A stretch of 64,000 nucleotides of DNA. Source: the human T2T-CHM13v2.0 reference genome, Homo sapiens. The DNA lies in assembly GCF_009914755.1 (NCBI RefSeq), contig NC_060931.1. One strand, given 5' to 3'. Under the pieces are notes generated by a model. That model saw nothing but the letters and a program-made list of their open reading frames with translations, had not been told where the DNA came from and ran no database searches. Shown piece after piece: positions 14,980-29,453 of the stretch. The position numbers were made by a program, and so were the translations under genes. The stretch's first letter is position 1; every line of letters starts with the position of its first letter.

Positions 14980-15900
14980 GATTTTTTTTATAAATATGGA
15001 TAAGATTATTCCAAATTGTATGTGGAAAGGCAAAGGAAGTAAAATAGTTAAAACAATTCTGAAAAAGAAGAATAAAGAAGGAAGAATTGCTCTCCTTGAT
15101 TTCAAGACTCATGTGTAGCCTTGATTTCAGGATTTTTTGATATAGACCAATAGAACAGAATAGAAAACCTAGACATAGCACCACACAAGTACATATAGTA
15201 TGACAAACTAATTTTTGATAAAGGTGCAAGAGCAATTCAATGGAGGAAGGATAGTCTTTTCAACAAATAGTTGTGAAGCAGGTGAATATCTTTAGGTAAA
15301 AAATGAACTTCAACCTAAGTCTCATGCCTTTTACAAAATTAATTCCAAATACATAATAAATGTACTTGTACATGAATGTCCATAGTAGCATTATTCATAT
15401 TAGCCAAAAGTAGAAACAACCCAAATATCCATCAACTGATGATTGGATAAACAAGATTGGTAAGTCTGTACTATCTGAATTAGTTTCCTAGGACTACCAA
15501 AACAAATTACCACAAACTGGGAGGCTTATAACAACAAATTTTTTCTCTCACAGTTCTGGAGGCTAGAAGTCTAACATCGAGTTAGACCATGCTTCCTCTG
15601 AAGGCTCTAGGGGAAGATCTTTCCTTGCCTCTTCCCAGCTTCTGGTAGTTGCTGGTGGTAGAATGTACCAGTCATATTGGATTTAGGGTCCGTGGTAATC
15701 CAGTATGACTTCTTCTTAATGTGATTACATATGCCATGACCTTATTTCTAAATAAGGTCACATTTACAGGTTCAGGTGGACATGAAATTTTGGGGGACAC
15801 CATTCAACTCAGTACACTGTATATGTATCACTTAGCATGATGTTTTCAACACCCAATTGTAGAATGTATTTGTACTTCATTCCTTTTTGTGCTAAGTAAT
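14980..15900. mobile_element. Old L1M fragments interrupted by an MLT1 (MaLR) LTR at about 15473-15817
   Basis: L1 ORF2-like text (DKIIPNCMWKGKGSKIVKTILKKKNKEG), plus MLT1 hallmarks ctctcacagttctggaggctagaagtc and gggggacaccattcaactc. Confidence 0.75.
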
Positions 15901-16037
15901 GTGTGATATTGATATCAGAGGGTGATTTCAGGAGGTAGCATGACCCATTAGGAGGTTACTGTAATTGTGAACTAGAGCAGTGGCAGGGAAAATGGACAGG
16001 AGGAGATATTTTCAAAATTTATTGTGAATTATAATCA

Positions 16038-19000
16038 ATAAATTTCCCTCTTAACACTGCTTTAGGTGCATCCCAGAGATTCTGGTACATTGTCTCTTTG
16101 TTCTCATTAGTTTCAAAGAACTTCTTGATTTCTGTCTTAATTTCATTTTTTATCCAAAGTCATTCAGGAGCAGGTTGTTCAATTTCTATGTAGTTGTGTT
16201 GTGTTGAGTGAATCTTTTAATCTTGAGTTCTAATTTGATTGTGCTGTGGTCTGAGAGACTGTTATGATTTCAGTTCTTTCACATTTTCTGAGGAGTGTTT
16301 TACTTCTGATTATGTGATCAATTTTAGAGTAAGTGCCATGTGGTGATGAGAAGAATGTATCTTCTGTTGTATTTGGGTGGAGAGTTCTGTAGATATTTAT
16401 CAGATTCACTTGATCCAGAGCTGAGTTCAGGCCCTGAATATCTTTGTTAATTTTCTTTCTTGATGATTTAATATTGTCAGTGGGGTGTTAAAATCTCCCA
16501 CTATTATTGTGTGTGAGTTTAAGTCTTTTTGAAGGCCTCTAAGAATTTACTTTATGAATCTGATTGTTCCTGTATTGGGTACATATGTATTTAGGATAGT
16601 TAACCTTCTTGTTGAATTGAACACTAAGATTATGTGATGCCCTTTTTTTGTTTTTTTTTTTGATCTTTGTTGGTTTAAAGTCTATTTTGTCAGAAACCAG
16701 AATTGCAAACCCTGCTTTTCTCTGTTTTCCATTTGCTTGGTAAATTTTCCTCCATCACTTTATTTTGAGCCTGTGTGTGTCTTTGCATGTGAGATGCCTC
16801 TCTTGAAGACAGTATACTGATGGGTCTTGGTTCTTTATCCAACTGGCCATTCTGTGTCTTTTAATTGGGGTATTTAGCCCATTTACATTTAAAGTTAGTA
16901 TTGTTATGTGTAGATTTGATCGTGTCATCATGATCCCAGCTGGTTATTTTGCAGACTTGTTTTTGTGGTTGCTTCATAGTATCACTGGTCTGTGCACTTC
17001 GGTGTGTTTTTGTAGTGATTGGTAATGGTTTTGCCTTTCCTTATTTAGTGCTTTCTTCAGGAGCTCTTGCGAGGCAAGTGTGGTGGTAACAAATATCCTC
17101 AGCAATTGCTTGTCTGAAAAGGATCTTATTGCTTCTTCACTTATGAAGCTTAGTTTGGCCAGTTACGAAATTCTGGCTTGGAAATTCTTTTCTGTAAGAA
17201 TGTTGAATATTGGCCCCCAATCTCTTCTGGCTTGCAGGGTTTTTTTCTGAGAGATCTGCTAATAGTCTGATGGGCTTCCCTTTGTTGGTGACCTGGCCTT
17301 TCTCTCTGGCTGCCCTTAATATTTTTTTCTTTCATTTTGACCTTGGAGAATCTGATGATTATGTGTCTTGGGGATGATCTGCTCGTGGAGTATCTTACTG
17401 GGGTTCTCTGCATTTACTGAATTTGAATGTTGGCCTGTCTTGCTAGGTTGGGGAGGTTCTCCCGCATGACATTCTGAAGTATGATTTCCAACTTGGTTCC
17501 ATTCTCACCATGTCTTTGAGGTACCCCAATCAGTCATAGATTCTGTCGCTTTACATAATCCCATATTTCGCAGAGGTTTTGTTCATTCCTTTTCATTCTT
17601 TTTTCTCTATTCCTGTCTGCCTGTCTTATCTCAGAATGATAGTCTTCAAGCTCTGAGATTCTTTCCTCCACTCGGTCTAGTCTGCTGTTAATACTTATGA
17701 TTCCATTGTGAAGTTCTTGTAGTATGTTTTTCAGCTCTAAGAGATTGATTATGTTCCTGTGTAAACTGGCTATTTTGGCTGTCAGCTCCTGTTTTGTTTT
17801 ATCACGATTCATAGCTTCTTTGCATTAGGTTAAACATGTTCCTTTAGCTCAGCAAAGTTCATTATTACCTACCTTCTGAAGTTTACTTCTGCCATTTCAG
17901 CCATCTCAGCCTCAGCCTAGTTCTGAGCCCTTGCTGGAGAGCACACCCACAACCATCTAATCTTTGACAATCCTGAGAAAAACAAGCAATGGGGAAAGGA
18001 TTCCCTATTTAGTAAATGGTGCTGGGAGAACTGGCTAGCCATATACAGAAAATCGAAACTGGACCCTTTGCTTACACCACATACAAAAATCAACTGAAGA
18101 TGGATTAATGACTTAAATGTAAAACCTAAAATTATAAAAACCCTAGAAGAAAATCTAGGCAATACCATTCAGGACATAGGCATGGGCAAATATTTCATGA
18201 TGAAGACACCAAAAGCAATTGCAACAATCAAAAACTTACAAATGGGATCTGATTAAACTAAAGAGCTTCTGCACAGCAAGAGAAACTGTCTTCAGAGTGA
18301 ACAGACAGCCTACAAAACGGGAGACAATTTTTGCAATCTATCCATCTGACCAAAGTCTAATATTCAGCATCTACGAGGAATTTAAATTTACAAGAAAAAA
18401 AAACCCATTAAAAAGTGGGCTAAAGGACATAAACAGACACTTCTGAAAAGAAGACATACATGTGACCAACAAACAGATGGAAAAAAGCTCATCACTGACC
18501 ATTAGAGAAATGCAAATCAAAACTACAATGAGATATCATCTCAGCCAGTCAGAATGGCAGTTATTAAAAAGTCAAAAACAACAGATGCTGGTGAGGTTGT
18601 GGGGAAAAATAAATGCTTTTACACTATTGGTGGGAGTGTAAATTAGTTTGACCATTGTGGAAGACACTGTGGTGATTCCTCAAATATCTAGAGGCAGAAA
18701 TACGATTTGACCCAGCAATCCCATTACTGGGTATACACCCAAAGGAGCATAAATCATTCTGTTATAAAGATGTGGGCACGTGTATGTTCATTGCAGCAGT
18801 GTTCACAATAGCAAAGACATGGAATCAACCTAAATGCCCATCAATGATAGACTGGATAAAGAAAATGTGGTACATATATACCATGGAATGTTATGCAGCC
18901 ATAAAAAGGAATGAGATCATGTCCTTTTCAGGGACATGGATGGAGCTGGAAGCCATTATCCTCAGCAAACTAATGCAAAAACAGGAAACCAAATACTGCA

Positions 19001-19262
19001 TGTTGTTACTTATAAGTGGGAGCTGAATGATGAGAACACATGGACACAAGGTGGGGAACAACATACACTGGGGCCTGTCAGAGGGTGGGGGTTGGAAGGA
19101 GGGAAAGCATCAGGAAGACTAGCTGATGGATGCTGAGCTTGATACCTAGGTGATGAGATAATCTGTGTAGCAAACCACTATGGCACATGTTTACCTCTGT
19201 AACCTGCACATCTTGCACATGTAGCCCTGAACTTAAAATAAAAGTTGGAAATGAAAAAAAAA
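16038..19262. mobile_element. 5'-inverted L1PA (about L1PA13-like): minus-strand ORF1/early ORF2 (16038-17941) joined to the plus-strand 3' end (17942-19262)
   Basis: ORF1 fragments lie on the minus strand (17150-17812). The ORF2 C-terminus, 3'UTR, AATAAA and A-tail lie on the plus strand. Confidence 0.9.
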
Positions 19263-20016
19263 CACTTCTAGGCACCAAGCAAAGGATTCAACATTCAGCA
19301 AGCCTCGAGGAACAAGCCTGGACTGGCATGCATTATTGAACTCAAAAATATATTTTGTCTCTCTTTGGCTTTTTACATGCCTTGCCCTCTTGCTGAATAC
19401 TTATTTTCTCTGTTTCCAAATCCAAATAGTGGATAATACTAAGCAATTAACTACTCTCAAGTTTATATATTGTGTGTTCAAAAGACCAGCCAACATTTCT
19501 CATTTACATGTTACAGTGACATAATCCAACCCCGAGGGTACACTTACTCTTGAATGAACTGAATAAATTAAAATTTTAAGCTGAAAAAAAATAGGATTTG
19601 GTGATTAGATATAAAGGATGAGCGGGAGAGAGGAGTCAAAGCTGGTAAGACAAGAACAAGAAGGAGGAAAAGTTTTTGAGGAAACAGGTAAGTTTTGTTC
19701 TGCAGAGACACATCTAAAAAGCTAAGGAACATCCATGTCCAGTTAAGGTCCAAAGTTCCCCAGAGAGGCCTGGGCTATCCAGCTTTAGAAGTCATCTTCC
19801 TAAGAAGTAATAATGGACATATTAAAGTAATAATGTTATCAAAGGAGAAGGGATAGGATGAGATGAGAGGGCCAAGAATATATTCTTAGGGATTGACTAT
19901 TTCTTTAGGAAGCCACCAAAGGAAAGGGATCACTTCAGGGGCCTAAGAAATAGTAACCAAAGAAGCAGGAGACATGGAAGAGATCAATGCTTCAAAAATC
20001 TTTCACTGAATTATAA

Positions 20017-20516
<500 letters not shown>

Positions 20517-20849
20517 AGTGATTGCTAACACTTAAATAGCACTTCCAAGTGCCTTGACACTTTTCTAAACACTTTGTATTCACTAATTCGTGTAATTCTC
20601 ACTATAGTTTTTTAAGGTAAATACTATCGTTATCTCCATTTTATAGATGAGGAAACTGAGGAACAGGAAGATCATATAAACTGCCCAAGGTCATAGATGT
20701 GGAACATTCTGAACTAACACCAGACTATTGGGCCCTATGGTGGTGCTCAGATGTTACTTGGAAAGTATAATGCTCACAGAAGCACTCTCTCTCTCTAGGG
20801 GAATACTTGTTTCCATCATTTGTTTTACTCTCTGTAGAGGGAAACATTC

Positions 20850-21130
20850 CTTTCCAAAGGAGATTTCATCTTCTGACTAGTAAATCAGACTCAGAATGAG
20901 CTATGATTCATTTACAGGTAAGTCACAAGCTTTATTCCTGGCCAGATAAGAAATCAGTAATTTGGTTTTGTCTGAAGAGATTTGGGAATTCCCCCAAGAT
21001 GATTTCCTGGAGTGGGTCAGAATGCCACCTACACACTAGGTTAATGACTTCAGTGTTCTGCTTGGTTCGCTGATGACAGGAAACTGGTAAAACAAAGAGG
21101 GTGAGAAACCAGCTGTATCACAGTAATAAA
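20850..21130. promoter_or_regulatory. Putative CFTR -44 kb airway enhancer
   Basis: Perfect NF-kB palindrome GGGAATTCCC (20984-20993), AP-1/ARE-like TGATTCA (20904-20910) and TAAGTCA (20919-20925), and GATA AGATAA (20944-20949). The distance fits the described ARE plus NF-kB element, but I could not locate an exact ARE. Confidence 0.6.
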
Positions 21131-21894
21131 TATTACTCAGATTTAGGCTCTTCTTCCTAGTTCCTGAGTTTTTTTAACTTTCAAGCTTTCACTCAGACAA
21201 TATGCAATGATTAGCTAATACAGTTTGTTTTAGTATTACAAATGATGATGGCAGATTTTGCGGGGAATTTGTTTTAAAGTTAATGTTATCATATTTTTAC
21301 AATTCTTGTTTTCAATAGTTTGAAAAAGTTCTGTTGGGATCCTGAATTCTTAATTTTGACTGAGATCTAGTGAGATTAGTTGTCTCTTTTGGAGATAATT
21401 TTAGAGGCATAAAAATGGTAAATCAATTTTTTTTCAATTATTAGAAATCATGTGCACAAAATAGTCAAGGGGAAAGATTAGCAACTGCTTTTTTAATATA
21501 GCATTAATTGATTTCACAAATAGTTACTATGCTGCTACTGTATTTTTTAGGCATCAGAGATAGAGTTGTGAGGAAGACAAGGCAAGATCCTTGACCTCCA
21601 AATGTTTATAGTCTAGCAAGATAAATTAATAAATATATAATTAAGTAATAGGTAATGATAAATTCTATAAAGAAAAATTAACCAGGTGAAGGAGATAGAG
21701 AATAATGGAAGCAAATCAGAATTAAAATAGGAATTTCAGAGAAGGCCTCTTTGAGGTTTTATTGTTATTGTGATAGAAAGTTTCATGGCTCTGATTTTAC
21801 CGTTTTAAAACGTAACTCTAGCTACAAGGAGAAAAGACTGTATTTATGGGAGCAAGTGTAGAATCAGGAACACCAGTTAAGAGTCTATTATAAT

Positions 21895-22060
21895 AGTCTA
21901 GGTTCTCAACCTTGTCTGCTGCTTAGAATTCCCTGGAGATAATTTTAGCCAGCCCCAGTTGAAACCAGTTACTATATGTCAAAATCTTTGAGAGTAGAGT
22001 CCAGGAGTTGATATTTCTCAAGGTTCCTCTGGTGATTTTAATATATAGCCAAGGTTGGAA
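21895..22060. mobile_element. MER5-like hAT element
   Basis: ggttctcaacctt ... ggtgattttaat...ccaaggttggaaa. Confidence 0.55.
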
Positions 22061-25039
22061 AAGGTTGTGGAAGAAAGATATCAGACAACAAGTCTAGGGC
22101 AGTTTTCTAAATCTAGTAGGAACACGGAAGCTGTTAAAACAGGACTGGCTTCTTTTCTGGATTTATTTTCTTCTTTAAGGAATATGGTTAGGTCAGAGAA
22201 CAAAGCAAATTCTTAAAGAGGAAAACATTTATCAGGAAATGATGAAGATGGATTTTGGCTAAGAAGCATTAACTAATATACTACTAGGAAGCAGTGGTAA
22301 ATGAAAATGTTTGTCATGTTTGTTTCTTCAAATATTCTAGTATGGAGTCCATGGATGAAAATGTTTGTGAAAGGATGATGTAGGAGACCGGGTCTCTAGC
22401 AGTTATCTATGGAGGTGGCTAGATGTCAGATTCAGGATTTATACATTTTGTAGAGATAGCAATTAAGATTCACTGATGGATTGGAAGTGGGATGATAGGG
22501 AAAGGGGGGTCAGGGATGACATCCAAATTTTAGGCCTGAGCAATTGGGTGAATTGTTGCATTTATTTCGTTGGGGGAAAGTGGGTGGAAAAGTAGGGAAT
22601 ATCTGTGTGGGGGAGGAGGTCGAATATTGAAATTAAGAATATCAGTTTGGACTTCATAATGTAAAGAGTGCTAATTAAACTCTAAAATGAATGTAAGTAG
22701 AGAGTGAGATATAGATTCACAATTTGAATGATTTGTTTCCTGGAATAATTTTCTTTGATTTTATGTCTGTTTATTGTTTGAATAACTAGGGAACTTATTT
22801 ACTTTTATCTCATTTATTTTTTATCTTCCTAGATTTTTAATGTATACCCTACTACATTGCATATAGGCATGGTAGAAGAGTGTTTTAAGACTATGCTAAC
22901 CTTTACTCCAATAAAACATTATAATTTTGTAAACTGTAGTCCTAATAGACTGCTGGGGAAGAGCAATAACACATAAATGCATGAACATTTTAGTGTTAAA
23001 AACATTGCAAAATTATAAGTTTTAAAAAATGGATTAAAAGATAACTAATGAAATTTTAGAACATCACTTCCAAAACTTTCTTCACTATAGAACAGTTTAA
23101 AATTCTAATATATTGATGAAAACCAAAAAGAACTCAACAGATTTAATGGGCTCTTGAATTAAAGTAGATAGCAAAAAATGGACTTTTAGACAGATTAGTC
23201 ACTACAAGAGAGAATCATTTATCATGTGTATAAAATACAATGAATTTTAAATAACATAGCTCTATGTTGAAATTATAAGAAAATACATAAATTAGACAAA
23301 TATATATCACTTATTCAAATTCAATTGTAATCTCAAGTATAATATCAATTGTAATATCAAAATGTCATTAACTGGAAAATAATACTAATAGCTAAAGTGT
23401 ATTGAGCATTTACAATGACTAAGAACAATTCCAAGCATTTTACAAAATATGTTAACTCAGTTAAGGAATACTCTTAGCTACAAGTGACAGTATTTAATAT
23501 TGGTCACTTAAAAACCTATGGTTCATTGCTTTTCATGTTAAAAGGAGTCTGGAAACTGGCATTGGTTCAGTGACACAATGGTTTCTCATAGCATCTACAT
23601 TGCTCTCTTGGCCTCATCCTCTTGGTTGCAAGATGTCACTCCCAGGTCCAGGAAGCATGTTTGTGTTAAAGACAAGAAAAAGGAAGGAAAGGATGGACCT
23701 GGGTACATCTGTCTCTTTTTATCAGGAAAGCCAAAGCTTTCCTAGAAGCTCCAACAGATTTCTGCTTAGGTCTCCTCTGCTGGCACTATTACTTAGCACC
23801 CCTAGTTGCAAGGGAGGCTGGGAAATCAGGTATGACATTTTTTTTCTGCCTTTATAGAGGAACAGGAGAAAGGAAAAGAAGGTTGAGAATGGGTTTTGAA
23901 TTAGGCAGCCAACAGTGACTGCCACAAATTCATGTCTTTCTTATGAAAGCCCTATCAAAGTGGTACTTTTGTTTATTACCATTTTGCAAATGAGAAACTA
24001 AGAGTGAGAAGTTAAGAAATTTGACCATGGTCACACAACTAAATAATGTAGAACCAGAAATCGAGTCAGGTGGTCTGTCTGTCTCCAGAATCTGCTCTCT
24101 TCTCAGCCACTCTACTATAGTATAGAAATAAAGCCACAGACAGATTTAACACTGAGCCTTCTCATGTGAGTGATCTTCCATATAACTTCCTTACATTCTC
24201 ATGAATGATACATTTATTATAATAGGCAATACATTACCTAATGACAAAACTAAATAAATGCGTGCTATTGCTCTTATTCTTTCTAATTATACCAATAATA
24301 ATAAACCACATGGTTAATTTGAATTTGTAAAGTCACCCTTTCAAACAATTGTAAGTATTTTCATACATATTATATACTTCTGATTTCCTCGTAAATCCTT
24401 TGAGAAATAGAGAGAGGTAAATGTGATTATTTGCATTTGATAGTTGGGAATATGAGATCAAGCTTGTGTCAAAAAGCTCTGGGACTTAAACCTAGATTTA
24501 CATAGAGCCAGGCCATTTGTACTTCATTAGATACCTGCCAGTATAGATGTCTTTACTTTAGGATAAATGTTAATTAAATTGCAGAAGAATTGAAACAAAT
24601 GTTAACATTACAAATTTTCTCATCAAGGCAAAGATTTACAACTTTAAAACTCAACATTTAATGTTTCTTAATGTCTTAACAATGGTTTCTGAGATACCAT
24701 ATTTTATGAAAGCTAGTTCCCTTGGTTACTAGAAATTCTGACACATTTTTATAGCTCTATTTTATAAAATGCATTACCCTGAGTAATTATAAATTATATG
24801 CAGGAAGTAATGTACATTTTGTTGTTATTTTTTGAAATTAAAACTCACAGATATGATTCATGTCAAGTATTTTTCTGTTGAAATTAATCTATTATTGTGT
24901 TTCTTATAATAAAATTAATTCATTTTTTATTGTTTTTTCATATTATAATAGGCAACATTGATTTTTTAAAATTTGTTTTTGCTATACTTTATTTTTCTTG
25001 AATATTTATATTTATGCTTTTTGTTTCTATCCACGCTGT

Positions 25040-25230
25040 TTTTTTTTCCTTTAATTTTTCAACTTTTATTTTAGCTCAGGGGTACGTGTGCAGGTTTGTT
25101 ATATGGGTAAATTGCATGTCACTGGGGTTTGATATACAGATAATTTTGTCACCTAGGAATTGAGTGTAGTCATACCTGATAGGTAGTTTTCAACCCTCAC
25201 CCTCCTCTCACCCTCCACCCTCAAGTAGGC
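25040..25230 (-). mobile_element. Short L1 (L1PB / old L1PA) 3' end
   Basis: T-rich tail followed by aacttttattttag...ggggtacgtgtgcaggtttgtta. Confidence 0.75.
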
Positions 25231-25313
25231 TTGACTTTGCTTAATGGGAATATTTTACATCTCACACAAAGGAGGCACTGGTACTCAAAAATTTATGAAA
25301 ATTACTAGAACTG

Positions 25314-26112
25314 TTAAGATTGAGGTGAAAAATTTGTACAGCTTTCCACAGTTTTAAAGAGATAGTAATAGATACTTTTCCTCTTGGTGATATCAAATGT
25401 TGTTTCTTCCAAGTTGTTTTTCACACCTGGTTTGATGTAAGGGTTCATCAGGAGGAGTTCTAGGGTATCTTTGCTATCTTTGTTCCCAGAAGCAAGATGC
25501 AATGGAGTTCAGAGGCCTTTTGTTTGGGCATGCATAGCTGTATCATGTGGGAGGAAGAAAGAAGCCACTCTGGTGTTATTACACTTACAGGTGTTGTACA
25601 GGGGTATCCAGCTATCCACAGTCACTGCATGAACATCTGCCCCTTGTGCGGTTACCTCATGGATGATATCTAAGTGTCCATTGTAGACTGCTCGATGAAG
25701 AAGGGTATATTCATCTTTGTCCCTAGTGTTCACATGATTGGCTTTCTCAGAAAGTAGTCTTTGCACTATAGTAAGGCTAGAAACATGCCTTCAGTTCATG
25801 ATTTTCAGTTTTTTCTACAGACGTCTGGTGGGTTATGGTGTGCTCCTATTAAAAAGTGGATTTATTTCAGTAGCCCAAATAAGCAATTTACTTAGATCTT
25901 TTCACACATTTTTTTCTTGCAATTCATAGCACTCTTTGTTTTTTTCATCTTGCTCCTCATCTTCATCAGAGTTGCCTATTCAGAGACTTTGAGTACCAGT
26001 GGGAATAAGGTATTCTTGTATTTCTAACAATTCAATTTGATTAAGGTATTCAAAAAAGTCCAAGGAATTCTCTTGGTCTGGTTTTCCATCATCATTCACT
26101 TTCTTTATCCAT
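25314..26112 (-). pseudogene. ANKRD49P4: Processed pseudogene of ANKRD49 (probably ANKRD49P4); UTR-like flanks extend to about 25230 and 26260
   Basis: Fragments match ANKRD49: ...DDGKPDQENSLDF..., QRLLSEKANHVNTRDKDEYTLLHRAVYNGHLDII..., HLASGNKDSKDTLELLLMNPYIKPGVKNNLEET...PQS*. Essentially intronless, with frameshifts and stops. The P4 number is from memory. Confidence 0.9.
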
Positions 26113-26362
26113 TTTTACTACTGTTCTAAATAAAAAGTACTTCAAATACCAGGGTATAAATAGTATAAGTAATCTTTCTAGAGATGTGTTATATCTACTT
26201 TATTTTATTCATCAAGATTTGATGATATTCCTGATATTCTGTCAGTAATAGGATGCCTTTCCCAACTTAAAGGGCATATTCCATTTTGGGAGAGATGTGA
26301 ACTGTGTCAATTTATCACAAACAACTCAGTGACAGGTGGGGCTATAAACTCCATTTTACAGA

Positions 26363-26716
26363 TGTATTAGTTCATTTTCGTGCAGCTGATAAAGACATAC
26401 CTGAGACAGGGCAGAAAAAGAGGTTTAATGGACTTACAGTTCCACATGGCTGGGGAGGCCTCACATTCATGGTGGAAGGCAAGGAGGAGCAAGTCACATC
26501 TTACATGGATGGCAGCAGGCAAAGAGCTTATGCAGGGAAATTCCCTTTTTTAAAACCATCAGATCTTGTGAGACTTATTACTATCAGGAAAACAGCATGG
26601 GAAAAACCCACCCCCATGATTCAGTTATCTCCCACAGGGTCCCTTCCACAATATGTGGGAATTATGGGGGCTACAAGATGATATGTGGGTGGGGACACAG
26701 AGCTTAAACCATATCA
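26363..26716. mobile_element. THE1 (MaLR) solo LTR inserted in a MIR
   Basis: TG...CA termini, THE1 hallmark sequence, and a 5-bp TSD acaga/acagg. Confidence 0.88.
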
Positions 26717-26798
26717 ACAGGTGAAGGCACAGAAGTTTGGATAGATTAAAACAACTTGCCCTAAATCAAGGACCCTTCAATGGAACTGAAAGGCCTGA

Positions 26799-27132
<334 letters not shown>

Positions 27133-28675
27133 TCCACATTATTTTTCACTGCACTATATTTTACTGCTGTAAGCACAAAGCAGTAGAGATGTTCTGAACC
27201 CAAGGATCCAGGGGCAACAGTAAGGGGAAGTGGGTAATAAAAACCTGTAAACTACAGGGTCTGGTGAGCAGGAGCAAGGGAAAAGGGCATCCAGTTCCAA
27301 CCTTGTGCCACTAGCTGGTCACTCATAGGCCTAGAAGTTCTGCCTGCAGCCTTCCTAACAGCCAATATTGGAGAAGCCACTTCCACCCATTCTGGGACCC
27401 ATGATGGAGTCTGACCTGCAGGGCTTGGCCTGAGGTCACTTGCCTCTACAGACCCAGGAGTTGTTAGATGGCGAGGGTCTACCAGGAAGTGAGGCACCAA
27501 TTTTAACATTTCTACAATGTTTTATAAATAAACAAAATGTGATGATTATTTGTCTTTAGTAGACTTGATTGTTTACTACCATGTCAAAATAGCTTTCATT
27601 TTTCAGTGTTTCAAGGTTGTAGAAAATGTCAGCTTAACTCTAGACAATAGATTTATGCAGTTATTGCTGCCATAGAATGCTCTTAAAACAGTTTTTATGA
27701 ACCTGAAGAAAATGAAACCTCTGGCATATATCATTTTTATTTAGAATAGTTTATGTTTATTTCCATGTACACAGTAATTTAAGCTAATTATAACCTGCAT
27801 GTATTTGGTTTAAAACCATGTTTGGAATTGTCACGTGAAAATAAAACAGTAATATAGATAGGGTGTTTTTGACATCCAAGAAAAATTTTAGAAACATGTC
27901 TCTCATAATTTGTTATGTGGATAACAAACATCTTCAAAAAGGGGATAATTGAATGGTATTTATTATATTTTGGGAAAGAGAAGCAGCTATCTCCTTGCTC
28001 TGACTTGACTTTATGGCCAACCCTTTTCTTATGTTCTTGTAGCCAAGTTGAACAGACTTATGTGATTTATTAAACTGTAATGAGCTAAAGAATAGATTTT
28101 CTGAAGCTTCATAGGTTCTTGCTGAGTATTGTGAGCAAGGTAAACTGAAAGCAGCAACACGAAGAGGAAAGCATATTTAAGATGGAAATGGAATGATCAT
28201 TAGGCACCTATAAAATGTGGGGCCTTTTCATGCTATTTTATTTAAGTCTGAAAATCACCCTGAGAATTACGTGTTAGGCTGATTTTGCAGCCTAACAGGT
28301 TCAGGAAGTTTGATTACCTTGCCAAGAATCACTATGTTTGGCTTGGATTTGCAACCAGGTCTCTTTTGTTCCACAATTGTTCAACAAATATTTCTTGACA
28401 CCAAACTAGGCTTTGAGAAAGACAAAGAAGGAATATTGTGTTGTAAATGTCTTTACTATTCTTTAAACATCGTCTTTCAGAATATAGTCATTCCATAAAA
28501 TTCTCTATTTTTTTAGATAACAAAGCTGAGTTGTTATGTGCTGGTCGAAGATACCTATAAGAAACATACAAGCCTTGTTAAGCTTAATTACATTTTAATG
28601 GGAATGGCCTTAAGAGTCGGATGGCAGGATCCACTCAGTAGCATGGGAATGCATACAACAGAAGAAGACTCTTGG

Positions 28676-28833
28676 GGCTGGATGCGGTGGCTCACGTCTG
28701 TAATCTCAGCCCACTGGGAGGCTGAGGCAGAAGGATCACTTTAGCTCTGGAGTTCGAGGTTACAGTAAGCTATGATTGTGCCACTGCACTCCAGCCTGAG
28801 TGACAGAGCTAGATCCTGTCTCTTAAAAAAAAA
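28676..28833 (+). mobile_element. Free right Alu monomer (FRAM-like)
   Basis: Single arm with A-tail; TSD ctcttgg. A second, antisense monomer lies at about 32840-33008. Confidence 0.75.
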
Positions 28834-29453
28834 AGGCTCTTGGATCAGGGGAGGGTGCGAGGGTGGTGGTGGTCATGGTGGTGAAGGTGAGGTAGAAAGG
28901 GGTGAGGTGAAAAGGCGAAGAAGAAAAATATCCTAGTTGTAGGAAAATCCTAAGAATATCCCAAAGTTAAGCAGGAGTTAGCTGTAGGAGATGGGGGAGA
29001 GAGTGCTAAGTTTGTTCCAGGAAAGGCACAACAAAAGGTAATTGCAGGCAATAGATGACACTCAAGAAGTGAACAGTGGTGGCTTCTTCCAATCTGGCAG
29101 GTATGGAGAGCAGGAGCCAGGCTGCAAAAGGAGGGTCAGCAACAACCATGCAAAGCATTCCTCTACTTTTAATCCCCCTGTTTCACTCATTCCTCTTCTT
29201 GTTACCCTTGTGACCTCATTTCATACCACTCTCCACCTTGCTCACTCCTCTTTCTCTTTTCCTTAAACATGCTAGATTCTCTCCTATTTTAAGTCCTTTG
29301 GTGTAGCTGTTCCTTCTGTCTGAAATGCTCTCCCGGTGATCTTCACTAGACTAATTGGTTTACCTTCTCCATGTGTCTGCTTAACTCTTACCTTCTCAGT
29401 AAGGCCTATCATGCCTATCCTATTTAATACAGCAAAGTGCTCCTTTACCCGCG

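Noticed and set aside
25314-26112. Ankyrin sequence near ASZ1 as a possible local duplicate or extra exon
   Set aside because: It matches ANKRD49, not ASZ1, and is processed and disabled; the proximity looks coincidental.
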